Below are positions 43,196 through 51,900 of a stretch of 64,000 nt of DNA, in pieces. The stretch spans positions 2,408 to 66,407 of the forward strand of contig CAYYPK010000034.1 in assembly GCA_964473525.1 (NCBI GenBank). Direction: 5' to 3'. This DNA is from an uncultured bacterium (lineage in GTDB: Bacteria > Poribacteria > WGA-4E > GCA-2687025). A program made the position numbers and the translations under genes. The notes under the pieces are model-generated. The model did no database searches. It saw nothing but the letters and a program-made list of their open reading frames with translations, and was not told where the DNA came from. Within the stretch, counting starts at the first letter, position 1. Every line of letters starts with the position of its first letter.

Positions 43196-44116
43196 ATGGG
43201 GTCTAAGGGGCTCCAGATCGCTGGCGCGAGCGTGCGGATCTGGCGGCTGACGCTGTGCTGCGTCGTTCTCTGCCTGCCGTTGCAGTCAGTGTGGGCCGTT
43301 GTCTACCGCTTCGACTCACCAGCGGAGTTGGACGACTGATCGAGTCGCGACGCCTACCAGCCGCCAGCCTGGACCGTCGAGGAAGGCGTATTGCGTGTTG
43401 CATCCACGCGCTACGGCTTCGGGATCCTCGGCATAGACGGTCTTCAGCTTGCCGAGGGCGCGATCACCTGGCGGATGAAGATCACGAAGCTAGCCGAGGA
43501 CGATCTCCTGCAGATCGGCGTCGCGTTCCGAATCCAGGACGAGCCGGATCCAGACGGTCATCCCGCGCAACATGTGTACGTGTCCGTTGGCCACGGGGCG
43601 CTTGGGGATGGCGTCCTCGTCTGGCACAGCGTGTTCCGGTGGGACTGGGGCGACGACCTGCCGCCCTTCCCAGGCGTACCTCCGCTGCCGGCCGGCGTGT
43701 GGCGGGAGACAAGGACGGGAGGCGGACGGCACGTCCCAATCCCTGGGTGGCCTGCGGCTCCCGTAGACGTGTGGATCGAGGGCCGGATCGAACTGCGAGG
43801 CGGCGCGCACGAGGTGTACCTCGGCATCCGTGAGCCTCCACGTCGAATTCTCAACACGGACGCAGTGCGGCTCACGACCGTGGGTCCAGGACCGGGCCTG
43901 GCAAACCGGAAGCCCGTCGCTGAGTGGATCAGCGAGGGCCACCCCAACTTCGGCGTCGGCGGCGTGGGCATCTACGTCAAGGCCAACCCACACCCCGGCA
44001 ACGACGGCGGAATCGAGGTCGCCTTCGATGACTTCAAGGTGGACGTGGTGAGGACTGCGTCGCCACGTGGGCGGCTGGCGACGACATGGGCGGCGCTACG
44101 GGCGGCAACCCCGTAG
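43196..44116 (+). pseudogene. Secreted jelly-roll (DUF1080/LamG-like) protein interrupted by one in-frame TGA (43337..43339), TTWG-type tail
   Basis: My own translation from the ATG at 43196: MGSKGLQIAGASVRIWRLTLCCVVLCLPLQSVWAVVYRFDSPAELDD-TGA-SSRDAYQPPAWTVEEGVLRVAS.. This is in frame with track ORF 43391..44116. Ends ..GRLATTWAALRAATP. Confidence 0.6.
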
Positions 44117-44738
44117 CGCCGCCCGACCAGGTGTCGTCGGTGAGCTGGTTGACGAGTTCCCCGTCGATGTAGGTCGTGATGGAGTGGTCCCGGGCAGCGA
44201 TCTGGACATCGTACTCGCGGTCGCGTTCCAGTGTGTAGTTCACCGTGCTCAGCTTGACGAGGTCCAGCCTGCCCTCGTCGTTGCGGGTCAGCTTGTAGAT
44301 GGCCGCCACCTGCCACCCGAGCATCAGGTCGAACGTGTACCAGCCGCCGCCATCCTCGTCTATGCGGAACATAATCGCGGCGTTGCCGCCCGCCTGAGGC
44401 GTGATCCGCGCGGACAGTTCCACGTTGCGCCACGACGGCTCTCCGAAAGCCAGCGCCGTGCTACCAGAGCGACTCTCGCCAATGAGACCGTCTTCCCCGA
44501 CGACCGTCCAGCCGTCCGGCGCGCTAGTGACAGGCGCGAAGGCCTGACCAGGCGCGCGCTGGCTCCATCCATCCCACGACCCGTCGAACATCGGCTTCCA
44601 TGCCATCCTGCCCAGGTTGCCCGCGATGACCGCGCGGGGCTCGTCAGACGCGTGCGAATCCGCGTCTCCGTGCGCAAGAGCCAGGAGTGGAATGGCCAGC
44701 AACGTAGAAACAAGCAACACAGTACGAAGTCGGGACAT
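44034..44738 (-). CDS. Secreted DUF1080-like jelly-roll protein (paralogue of the sigma-fused domain upstream)
   Basis: ATG at 44738 after GGAGAG. Signal peptide MSRLRTVLLVSTLLAIPLLALAHG. The mature part is ~55-60% identical by eye to residues ~190-370 of the 44792..45943 product. Its 3' end overlaps 43196..44116 by 83 nt, and the C-terminus diverges from the paralogue. Confidence 0.7.
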   Translation of the reverse strand: MSRLRTVLLVSTLLAIPLLALAHGDADSHASDEPRAVIAGNLGRMAWKPMFDGSWDGWSQRAPGQAFAPVTSAPDGWTVVGEDGLIGESRSGSTALAFGEPSWRNVELSARITPQAGGNAAIMFRIDEDGGGWYTFDLMLGWQVAAIYKLTRNDEGRLDLVKLSTVNYTLERDREYDVQIAARDHSITTYIDGELVNQLTDDTWSGGATGLPPVAPPMSSPAAHVATQSSPRPP

Positions 44739-44791
44739 GGGCTCTCTCCGCTGTAGTGGTTGGGTGAACACTTCGCGTCGGCGATCGTCCG

Positions 44792-45943
44792 TCAGTCCTC
44801 GTCCAACACGCGATAGCGCATTTCTCGATACAGGGTTTTGGATTTCCACACGGTCAGCCCGACGCGCCCACGCGCCCATGCGTCGTCGGTGAGTTGGTTC
44901 ACGAGGGCGCCGTCCACGTAGGTTGTGATGGAGTGCCCACGCGCCGCGATGCCGATCGTGTACTCACGACCACGTTCGACGGGGTAGTTCACGGTGCTGA
45001 GCTTCTCGAGTCCCGCCGGGTCAGAACCTGTTCGTGTGATTCGATGGATCGCCGCCACCTGCCATCCAAGCATCAGGTCGAAGACGTATCCGTTGCCGTC
45101 GTCGTCCATACGGAAGGAGACCTGTGTATTGCCTCCCTGAATCGGCGTGACAAGCGCCGAGACCTCAATGTCCCGCCATGACAGCTCACCGAACTTCAGA
45201 CCTACGCCGTGGCCATAGTCCTCGCCGACGAGACCGTTCCCACCGACGACCTCCCAACCGGCGGGGGCTTCTGAGACCGGCCGTGGTGGCTGTCCGCGTG
45301 ACGGCGCGCGCCAGCCATCCAGCGATCCGTCGACCATGGGTTTCCAGGGCATCTCGCCCTGGTTGCCCGCGATCACCTTACGAAACTCGTGCGGCGTGTG
45401 CGTATCGGCTCCGTTGGTCATCCGTCCGAGCTCCCTTCGTAGTGTGCCCCTCGCGTGATGCAGTCGACTCTTGACGGTTCCCGTCGGCAAATCGAGCAGC
45501 CGCGCGACTTCCTTCACGGCAATGCCGCCGAAGTAGTGCAGCCCCACGACAAGACTGTCCTTCGGGCTGAGCGCGTGTAGCGCCGCGACGACCTGCGGCG
45601 GCTCGTCCTCTTCCGCTGGCTGCGTGTCTGCGTATGCTGGCGCCACGCTCGCCAAGCGGGCAATCGCGCGTCCGTAAGCCGCGCCTGCCTGTCGTCGCCG
45701 TGTCGCGCAGCGGACGACCACCCTGTACAGCCAGGCAGGGAACCGTTCGGGCTCGCGCAAGGTCGACAGCCGGCGTACCGCGACGATCCACGCCTCCTGC
45801 ACGGCGTCGTGCGCGTCCTCCCGGTCGTGCAGGACGTTGTGCGCGATGCGTCGCATGGCGGAGTCGTATTCGTCGACAAGCGAACGCATGGCGGCTGCGT
45901 CTCCCGCCTGTGCCCGCTCGACCGTCTGTACGAGGTCGTCCAC
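44792..45943 (-). CDS. ECF sigma factor fused to a C-terminal DUF1080-like jelly-roll domain (no TM)
   Basis: GTG start with GAGGAGG upstream. Region 2 is 'DAVQEAWIVAVRRLSTLREPERFPAWLYRVVV'. Region 4 is 'LSPKDSLVVGLHYFGGIAVKEVARLLDLPTGTVKSRLHHARGTL'. A ~190-aa jelly roll follows directly. Confidence 0.75.
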   Translation of the reverse strand: MDDLVQTVERAQAGDAAAMRSLVDEYDSAMRRIAHNVLHDREDAHDAVQEAWIVAVRRLSTLREPERFPAWLYRVVVRCATRRRQAGAAYGRAIARLASVAPAYADTQPAEEDEPPQVVAALHALSPKDSLVVGLHYFGGIAVKEVARLLDLPTGTVKSRLHHARGTLRRELGRMTNGADTHTPHEFRKVIAGNQGEMPWKPMVDGSLDGWRAPSRGQPPRPVSEAPAGWEVVGGNGLVGEDYGHGVGLKFGELSWRDIEVSALVTPIQGGNTQVSFRMDDDGNGYVFDLMLGWQVAAIHRITRTGSDPAGLEKLSTVNYPVERGREYTIGIAARGHSITTYVDGALVNQLTDDAWARGRVGLTVWKSKTLYREMRYRVLDED

Positions 45944-46286
45944 CGCGTCACTTGCCTCCTCATATGACTATAGAGCGCGTCCATCGCTGCAGGTTTGGTC
46001 TGATTCTGCGTGGCGCGCGTGCGCTGTGCCTTCCGGCGCAACGCCGGCGCGCGCCAGGAATGATGTGTGGTCGTCCCTGCGGTCTGTATCGCGTTCGGAG
46101 GCCTGGCGCGCCGCCGGCTGCTGTTGCCACCTGCCTCCCCGCCTGCGAGAATCGCCGCGCAAGCTCTCAACCGCCCAGCCCTAATGCACACACTCCAGTC
46201 CAGCGCGCCGCAGGCAGAACCACTCCTTTCGACCGGTCGCCGCCCTCCGAAATCGGTCGCTCATGAGCCCGGCGCCAAGAAATCCG

Positions 46287-46314
46287 TGACAAAGCACGAC
46301 CACGCCCGTGTTAT
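46287..46314 (+). promoter_or_regulatory. Possible sigma-70-type promoter for 46324..48033
   Basis: TGACAA (46287-46292), a 16-nt spacer, then TGTTAT (46309-46314). By-eye match only. Confidence 0.2.
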
Positions 46315-46323
46315 CTCGGGAAG

Positions 46324-48033
46324 GTGGGCAACAGATCCATGAGCGCTGGGTCGGACGGACTAGGCGACGACTTCGATCAACAGGTGCTAGCGCACGTAGG
46401 CCTCATCCGGCACATCGGTAGCCGGAGCGAGAGGACGCGGCGTGACCTGGACGACTTCACCCACACTGTGCTCGTCGCCGTGTGGGCGGGGAAGAAGCAT
46501 GTCACCTACACGGACCACTTAGAGCGATGGATCGCGCGAATCGCCCATAACATCGTGATTGACTGGAACCGCAAGCGACAGCCAACGCTCTCGGGTGACC
46601 CGTTCGAGGTCGCCGCGCCCGTGCCGCCGATCGATGAGACGCTCGCGGTGCGGGACCGTTGGGAGAGTGTCGTCGCTGCGTTGTCCGCGTTGGATGAAGA
46701 TGAGCAACACCTCATCCGGTCACGATATCTGGAGGACCGCAGCTACGAGGAGCTGCAGGAGCAGTTAGGGATCTCTCAAGGGGCGATTCGCATGCGTATG
46801 ACGCGCGCGATGGGGCTTCTGCGCCGACGGCTGGCCATCGCGTCAGTCGCTCTCGCGTGGCTCACCGCACGTCCGCAAGCGAGAGCTTTTGGGGAAGTCC
46901 CAAGGGGGACCAATCGCATGACCAGCGCCGTTTCCGTGGTGACTTCGACACTCATGATTGGATGGTTGGGGATCAGCGCCCACGAGATAGAGGAATCCGC
47001 CGTGGATCTTGCCATGCTCTCCGCGCGTGGCGACACGTTCGTGCCCATCGCGCAGTTAAGTGGGTCGATGGACGCGTTCCGAGCGCGGGTGAGGCCCCTC
47101 GCGCCGCTGCCGGACGCGGGGCCGCGGCCCGTGATGGCAGCGCCTGGGTTGCCCGCTCCCGTGGCTCTTACCCAGAACGGGGCGGGCGATGGCGAGCCGG
47201 TCTGGTCGTCCGACGGGCAGGAGGTACTCTTTCACACGAATCGCGACGGCAACTACGAGATCTACATCATGGACAGTGACGGAGGAAACCAGGTACGACT
47301 CACCGACAATCCCGAGCAAGACCTGTTTCCAACCTGGTCTCCCGACGGGCAGAAGATCGCGTTTGGGAGAACCCAGGGCGGATGGGCAAACGGCGACATC
47401 TACGTCATGGACCGCGACGGAGGCAATGTCACGCCAATCGCCGTGGGTCCTGTCTTCGACTGGGATCCTCACTGGTCGCCGGACGGGGCACAGATCTCCT
47501 TCTCATCCAGTCGGGCCGGCGGGCGGATGGAGATATTCGTCATGGAACCTGACGGTGGCGGCGTCCGGCAGCTCACGCGCAACGGCGCGAATAGCTGGGG
47601 GGCTCGCTGGTCGCCGGATGGTCAGCAGATCGTGTACTTCGTAGAGAACGCAATCGCCATTATGGACCGCGACGGAGGCAACGAGGTACGGTTGGCGCCC
47701 AACGCGTACAATGACGGCCCAGCCTGGTCACCCGACGGGAGCAGGATTGCCTTCAGCTCCGGGCCTGAGCCAGTGGACACAGAGATCTACGTCATGGATC
47801 GCGACGGAAGCAACCTGACCCGGCTCACGGACACCGAGGCGAGGGACCGCCGCCCGAGTTGGTCGCCCGATGGCACGCAGGTCGCCTTCGAGTCGGGGGC
47901 GGCCGAGGCGGAGGACATATACGTGGTAGACGTCTCAGAACTGCTCTCGACAGACGAACCCACGGACGAGCCCGCAGCCGTCACTCCTTCCGGTAAGCGC
48001 CTGACGCGGTGGGGTGACCTGAAGCGCCGCTAG
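46324..48033 (+). CDS. ECF sigma factor fused via a TM segment to a PD40/TolB-like beta-propeller, TTWG-type tail
   Basis: Region 2 is 'HLERWIARIAHNIVIDWNRK'. Region 4 is 'LDEDEQHLIRSRYLEDRSYEELQEQLGISQGAIRMRMTRAMGLLRRRL'. Hydrophobic 'MTSAVSVVTSTLMIGWLGISA'. At least 5 PD40 blades ('PVWSSDGQEVLFHTNRDGNYEIYIM' and others). Ends ..GKRLTRWGDLKRR. The start may be GTG 46324 or ATG 46339. Confidence 0.75.
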   Translation: MGNRSMSAGSDGLGDDFDQQVLAHVGLIRHIGSRSERTRRDLDDFTHTVLVAVWAGKKHVTYTDHLERWIARIAHNIVIDWNRKRQPTLSGDPFEVAAPVPPIDETLAVRDRWESVVAALSALDEDEQHLIRSRYLEDRSYEELQEQLGISQGAIRMRMTRAMGLLRRRLAIASVALAWLTARPQARAFGEVPRGTNRMTSAVSVVTSTLMIGWLGISAHEIEESAVDLAMLSARGDTFVPIAQLSGSMDAFRARVRPLAPLPDAGPRPVMAAPGLPAPVALTQNGAGDGEPVWSSDGQEVLFHTNRDGNYEIYIMDSDGGNQVRLTDNPEQDLFPTWSPDGQKIAFGRTQGGWANGDIYVMDRDGGNVTPIAVGPVFDWDPHWSPDGAQISFSSSRAGGRMEIFVMEPDGGGVRQLTRNGANSWGARWSPDGQQIVYFVENAIAIMDRDGGNEVRLAPNAYNDGPAWSPDGSRIAFSSGPEPVDTEIYVMDRDGSNLTRLTDTEARDRRPSWSPDGTQVAFESGAAEAEDIYVVDVSELLSTDEPTDEPAAVTPSGKRLTRWGDLKRR

Positions 48034-48060
48034 CGCCTACCGCGCGTCGACGATCCTCCC

Positions 48061-48092
48061 GCGCCCGACCGGGCCTCGCTCCGGTCGGGCGC
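48061..48092 (+). terminator. Strong stem-loop after 46324..48033
   Basis: GCGCCCGACCGG / CCGGTCGGGCGC form a perfect 12-bp stem with an 8-nt loop, 28 nt after the stop. No U-tract follows. Confidence 0.5.
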
Positions 48093-48215
48093 CCTACCGT
48101 ACCGCCACTTACAGACGGGCGCGCGCTGCCCGGGCGTCTTGCGTGATGAAGCCCATCGGGGGATGATCCGTGGCGTGGCGGAACGCCGGTTCCTCAACTC
48201 GATGGAAGGCGCGGC

Positions 48216-49697
48216 ATGAAGGCAATCATGGTGATGTTCGACTCGTTGAACCGGCACATGCTGCCGCCCTACGGGTGCGACTGGACGCACGCGCCGAACT
48301 TCGCGCGGCTGGCGGAACGCACGGTCACGTTCGACAAGTCGTACATCTGCTCGATGCCCTGCATGCCCGCGCGTCGCGACCTGCACACGGGGCGACCCAA
48401 CTTCCTGCACCGCAGTTGGGGTCCACTGGAGCCGTTCGACGACTCCGTCCCTGGCATACTCCGCGAGAACGGCGTCAGCTCACACCTCATCACGGACCAT
48501 CAGCACTACTGGGAAACCGGAGGAGCTACCTACCACACGGAATACAACACGTGGGAGTTCCACCGCGGCCAGGAGGGCGACGCCTGGATCGGGCAAGTGG
48601 ACGACCCGCCTGAAGTGGACGCCGTCGGACGAAACGCCGGCGAGGGAGGCGCCCATCGCCAGGACCGCATCAACCGCCTGCACATGCAGAGAGAGTGCGA
48701 TCAGTCGCAGTCGCGCACGTTCGACTCCGGGGTCGAGTTCATCCGGCGCAACTCCGAGGCGGACAACTGGTTTCTCCAGCTCGAGACGTTCGACCCGCAC
48801 GAGCCGTTCTTCGCGCACCGTATGTACAAGGATCTCTACCCAGAGCACTACGCGAACTACGACGGACCACTGCACGACTGGCCGCCATACTCCAAGGTGA
48901 CGGAGACGCGCGAGCAGGTCGAGCACATGCAGCACGAGTACGCCGCCCTGCTCAGCATGTGCGACGCGAAGCTTGGAAACGTGTTGGACCTCATGGACGA
49001 GTTAGACATGTGGGAAGACACGATGCTGGTCCTGTGGACGGACCATGGGTTCCTGCTGGGCGAGCACGACTCCTGGGCGAAGTGCTGGCTGCCGTTCTAC
49101 AACGAAATCGCCCACACGCCGTTCTTCGTGTGGGATCCGCGCAGCGGAGCCAAGGGCGAGCGACGCGACAGCCTCGTGCAGCCGTCCATCGACCTCGGTC
49201 CGACGCTGCTGCAGTACTTCGGCATTGAGCCGACGGAGTCCATGCTCGGGAAGCCGCTGGGCGACACGATCGCGAACGACACTCCCGTGCGCGAGGCCGC
49301 CATCTTCGGGCAGCACGGCCATCAGGTGAATGTTACGGACGGGCGGCATGTCTACATGCGCGCGCCAGCGCGTGAGGACAACCAACCGCTGAACGACTAC
49401 ACGCTCATGCCGACGCACATGCGCAGCTCGTTCTCACCCAGCGAACTGCGGGACAACATCGAACTGGCGGAGCCGTTCTCGTTCACGAAGGGCTGCCAGA
49501 CGATGAAGATCGCCAACCGCGGCCGCAGTGGCATCTACCAATACGGCACGCTGCTGTTCGACCTTGAATCGGACGCTGGGCAACTGACCCCGCTGGAAGA
49601 CGCCGCTGTCGAAGCGCGCATGCAGGGGCACATGACGGACCTCATGCGCGAGTGCGACGCGCCCGCTGAGCAGTTCGACCGGCTTGGTATCGAGTAG
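48216..49697 (+). CDS. Sulfatase (formylglycine-dependent, alkaline phosphatase superfamily)
   Basis: 'MVMFDSLN' and 'CSMPCMPARRDLHTGR' contain the C-x-P-x-R sulfatase signature. 'LWTDHG'. Confidence 0.8.
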   Translation: MKAIMVMFDSLNRHMLPPYGCDWTHAPNFARLAERTVTFDKSYICSMPCMPARRDLHTGRPNFLHRSWGPLEPFDDSVPGILRENGVSSHLITDHQHYWETGGATYHTEYNTWEFHRGQEGDAWIGQVDDPPEVDAVGRNAGEGGAHRQDRINRLHMQRECDQSQSRTFDSGVEFIRRNSEADNWFLQLETFDPHEPFFAHRMYKDLYPEHYANYDGPLHDWPPYSKVTETREQVEHMQHEYAALLSMCDAKLGNVLDLMDELDMWEDTMLVLWTDHGFLLGEHDSWAKCWLPFYNEIAHTPFFVWDPRSGAKGERRDSLVQPSIDLGPTLLQYFGIEPTESMLGKPLGDTIANDTPVREAAIFGQHGHQVNVTDGRHVYMRAPAREDNQPLNDYTLMPTHMRSSFSPSELRDNIELAEPFSFTKGCQTMKIANRGRSGIYQYGTLLFDLESDAGQLTPLEDAAVEARMQGHMTDLMRECDAPAEQFDRLGIE

Positions 49698-49736
49698 TCC
49701 GCGCTGGGAGATACCCGTCAGGAGCGGCGCGCGGCC

Positions 49737-50348
49737 CTACCGCGTCGCTCCGGTCACTGGGTCAGAGGTCGCCACCTCGACGAGCCGCGACAGATCTGTT
49801 GCGCTCTCGTCGGCGTACTCCGCGAGTTGCTCCTGGGACGGCAGCGCGCCCGGCAGCGGAACCGCCACGCCGTCGACCATGCTGCACGCGGCGGCGTCAC
49901 AGGCCTGACCGTTGATGATGACGGTCGCTTCGGCGCCCTCGACGCGCTCCACTCTCGCGGCGAATTGCGTCACTCCTTCGAAGCCCCACGTGTACCAGTG
50001 GATGGCGGCCTGAGACAGGTCCGTGGGATCCGACTGGCGCCAGTTCCCCACGACGCGAAGCCCGCCGCTGACCTCGATTCGGGTCGGAAGCTCCGTATCT
50101 GGTCTGTCCCTGCCCGACGCCTCCCGCGCGCGCTCAACATTGTCCAGAGCATAGGTGTGCCAGGTCGGAGCGTGGGTGGCCTCCACGACGAGCGTAGCGC
50201 CGTCCAGCTTCGCCCTGTACGAGACCACGACGAGATCCCTGTGAAACACCTCAACGGGTTCGCTCCACTCAGCTACGGGCAGGGGCGTGCGGGAACTACA
50301 CCCGACGATAAGGAGAAGCACACACAGCGGACCTGCGGCAATTCTCAT
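49737..50348 (-). CDS. DsbD N-terminal (alpha) domain-like lipoprotein
   Basis: Lipobox LLIVGC. 'THAPTWHTYAL', 'LPTRIEV' and 'INGQACDAAACS' match the pattern of DsbD-alpha-type thiol:disulfide interchange domains. Confidence 0.55.
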   Translation of the reverse strand: MRIAAGPLCVLLLIVGCSSRTPLPVAEWSEPVEVFHRDLVVVSYRAKLDGATLVVEATHAPTWHTYALDNVERAREASGRDRPDTELPTRIEVSGGLRVVGNWRQSDPTDLSQAAIHWYTWGFEGVTQFAARVERVEGAEATVIINGQACDAAACSMVDGVAVPLPGALPSQEQLAEYADESATDLSRLVEVATSDPVTGATR

Positions 50349-50394
50349 GACAACTCCACTCGCGTCGACGTCGCAGGCGTGCGCCTGGCCGGTC

Positions 50395-51672
50395 CTACTT
50401 GCGGTACCTCTGCCTGCGCGTTCTGATTCGCACGTCCGTCGGCTTCCCGTAGCGCAATACCTTCGCGGGGAAGGCGGACCCCGCTGTCATCGTGAGCTTG
50501 ATGTGGGTTTCGCAGTTCTGCGTCGCCTCGTTGACCTGCACGCCGTCTACCGAGTAGATCACGTCTCCCGGCCGCAACTCGTCCCGTCCTCCGCTCCTGC
50601 TCCTGAGGCTAATCTGAGTCACCTCCGACGCAAGCCCGTCAACCTCGAGACCATGCCGCTTCTTCTCCCTGTCGCTCAGCGGTCGCGCGGAGAACGTCAG
50701 GATGGGCTCAACGGACCAGAAGCGATGGTACAGGTCGGTCCACCACCACTCCTTAGGCAGATCCACGGTAAGGGCGCGCGTCTCGCCGTCTCGGCTGACC
50801 GCGAACCGCACCTGCTCCGCGTCGCGACGCGTCTGACTGTAGAAATACTGCAGGTCGCCGAACGTCAGCGTCAGCGTGCCGTTGACGGCGACGATCGTGT
50901 CTCCGGCTCGCATTCCCGCGCGTTGGGCAGCTCCCTTAGCTTCCTTCACAACCAACCCGGTAGGCACATTCAGCTCAATGCCGATGGTCCTGATGTCTGG
51001 AGACCGGTACATGTCCCGGCGCCTATCGAGCTCGCCAGCGCGTTCCGCCTCCTGCGCCTGGTAGTCGGCAATAAGGTGACACTCCACGCATCGGGTCGGA
51101 AGTATCTCCCGCTTCACGCCCGGTATGTCCCTGGGATAGAACGGCTTGGGACGCGTCTGCTTTTCCAGCTTCCCTTGCTTGTAGAGTTCGTGTCGCTCGA
51201 GTCCCATCCTGAGGGCGACCTCAAGGCTGTCCAGGTCCAGGTAGGAATGAGCCGACCTTGCGTCCCTCCCACCGTAGCGCATGTAGATGTGCTCGTGGGC
51301 GTTCATGATGAAGTAGTAGAGCGCGTTGTGGCGATCGTAGTCGAAGAGCCCGATGTCGATGTTCGTCATGCTGGCAATACGCGCGGTGACATACTGCGTG
51401 AGCAGTTTGCCCCGAGGCGACGACTTGGCGGTATGCACAACCTGTGCATCAAACACGCGGCCGTTAATTCAGGGCACGCAACGAAACTCGACGAACAGAG
51501 GCTTGCCGGTAGCCTTCGCCTCAGCGATAGCCGCGCGATAGTTGTTGATCCAGTGGATCTCCGGCTCGGCCGCCAACGCAACTAGGCCGACGCCCATCAG
51601 CGCCAGATACGTAGCCGTGAAGCCAACCGCTAGGCGCCGCAAGGGCCGGCGGCCTGTCGTCCCGAACTTCAT
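50395..51672 (-). CDS. Membrane-anchored thioredoxin-like + 2x PDZ protein with in-frame TGA (51469..51471) at the CxPC second-Cys position; candidate selenoprotein
   Basis: ATG at 51672 after GGAGGAG. Signal anchor 'LAVGFTATYLALMGVGLVALAA'. '..GKPLFVEFRCVP-TGA-INGRVFDAQVV..' is in frame with track ORF 50395..51456. PDZ motifs 'GMRAGDTIVAVNG' and 'LRPGDVIYSVDG'. There is a hairpin downstream of the TGA. Confidence 0.6.
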
Positions 51673-51900
51673 ATGTTCTCCTCCCCGCTTTGGACACCAC
51701 ACCACCCGACCAGGTTGAGGCATCGCGGCCTCGGCTCCCGTCCGTAGGCGAGTCCAGCACGGTAGCAGGTCCGCGTTTCGCCTACGCAGATCTCCACCCG
51801 CGCTCTGGCAGCGCACTCCAGGCACTGGGAATATCGACGGACTCGGCCGCGATGGCAAGCTGGACGCCGTTGGGATCAGACGCGGCGAAGGTAGCGTCTG

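Noticed and set aside
43337-43339. TGA in the jelly-roll gene as selenocysteine, or genome-wide TGA=Trp recoding
   Set aside because: There is no redox-motif context and no SECIS-like hairpin after this TGA. TGA clearly terminates well-supported genes here (for example the methyltransferase at 924-926 and trpB at 31244-31246), so a reassigned genetic code is not supported.
50287-51585. 432-aa plus-strand ORF opposite the Trx-PDZ gene; likewise 22859..24064(+), 31589..32677(+), 3699..4772(-), 11688..12749(-)
   Set aside because: All lie antisense to genes with clear family motifs (PDZ/Trx, channel/MFS, trpB, cytochrome, membrane protein) and give low-complexity basic translations.
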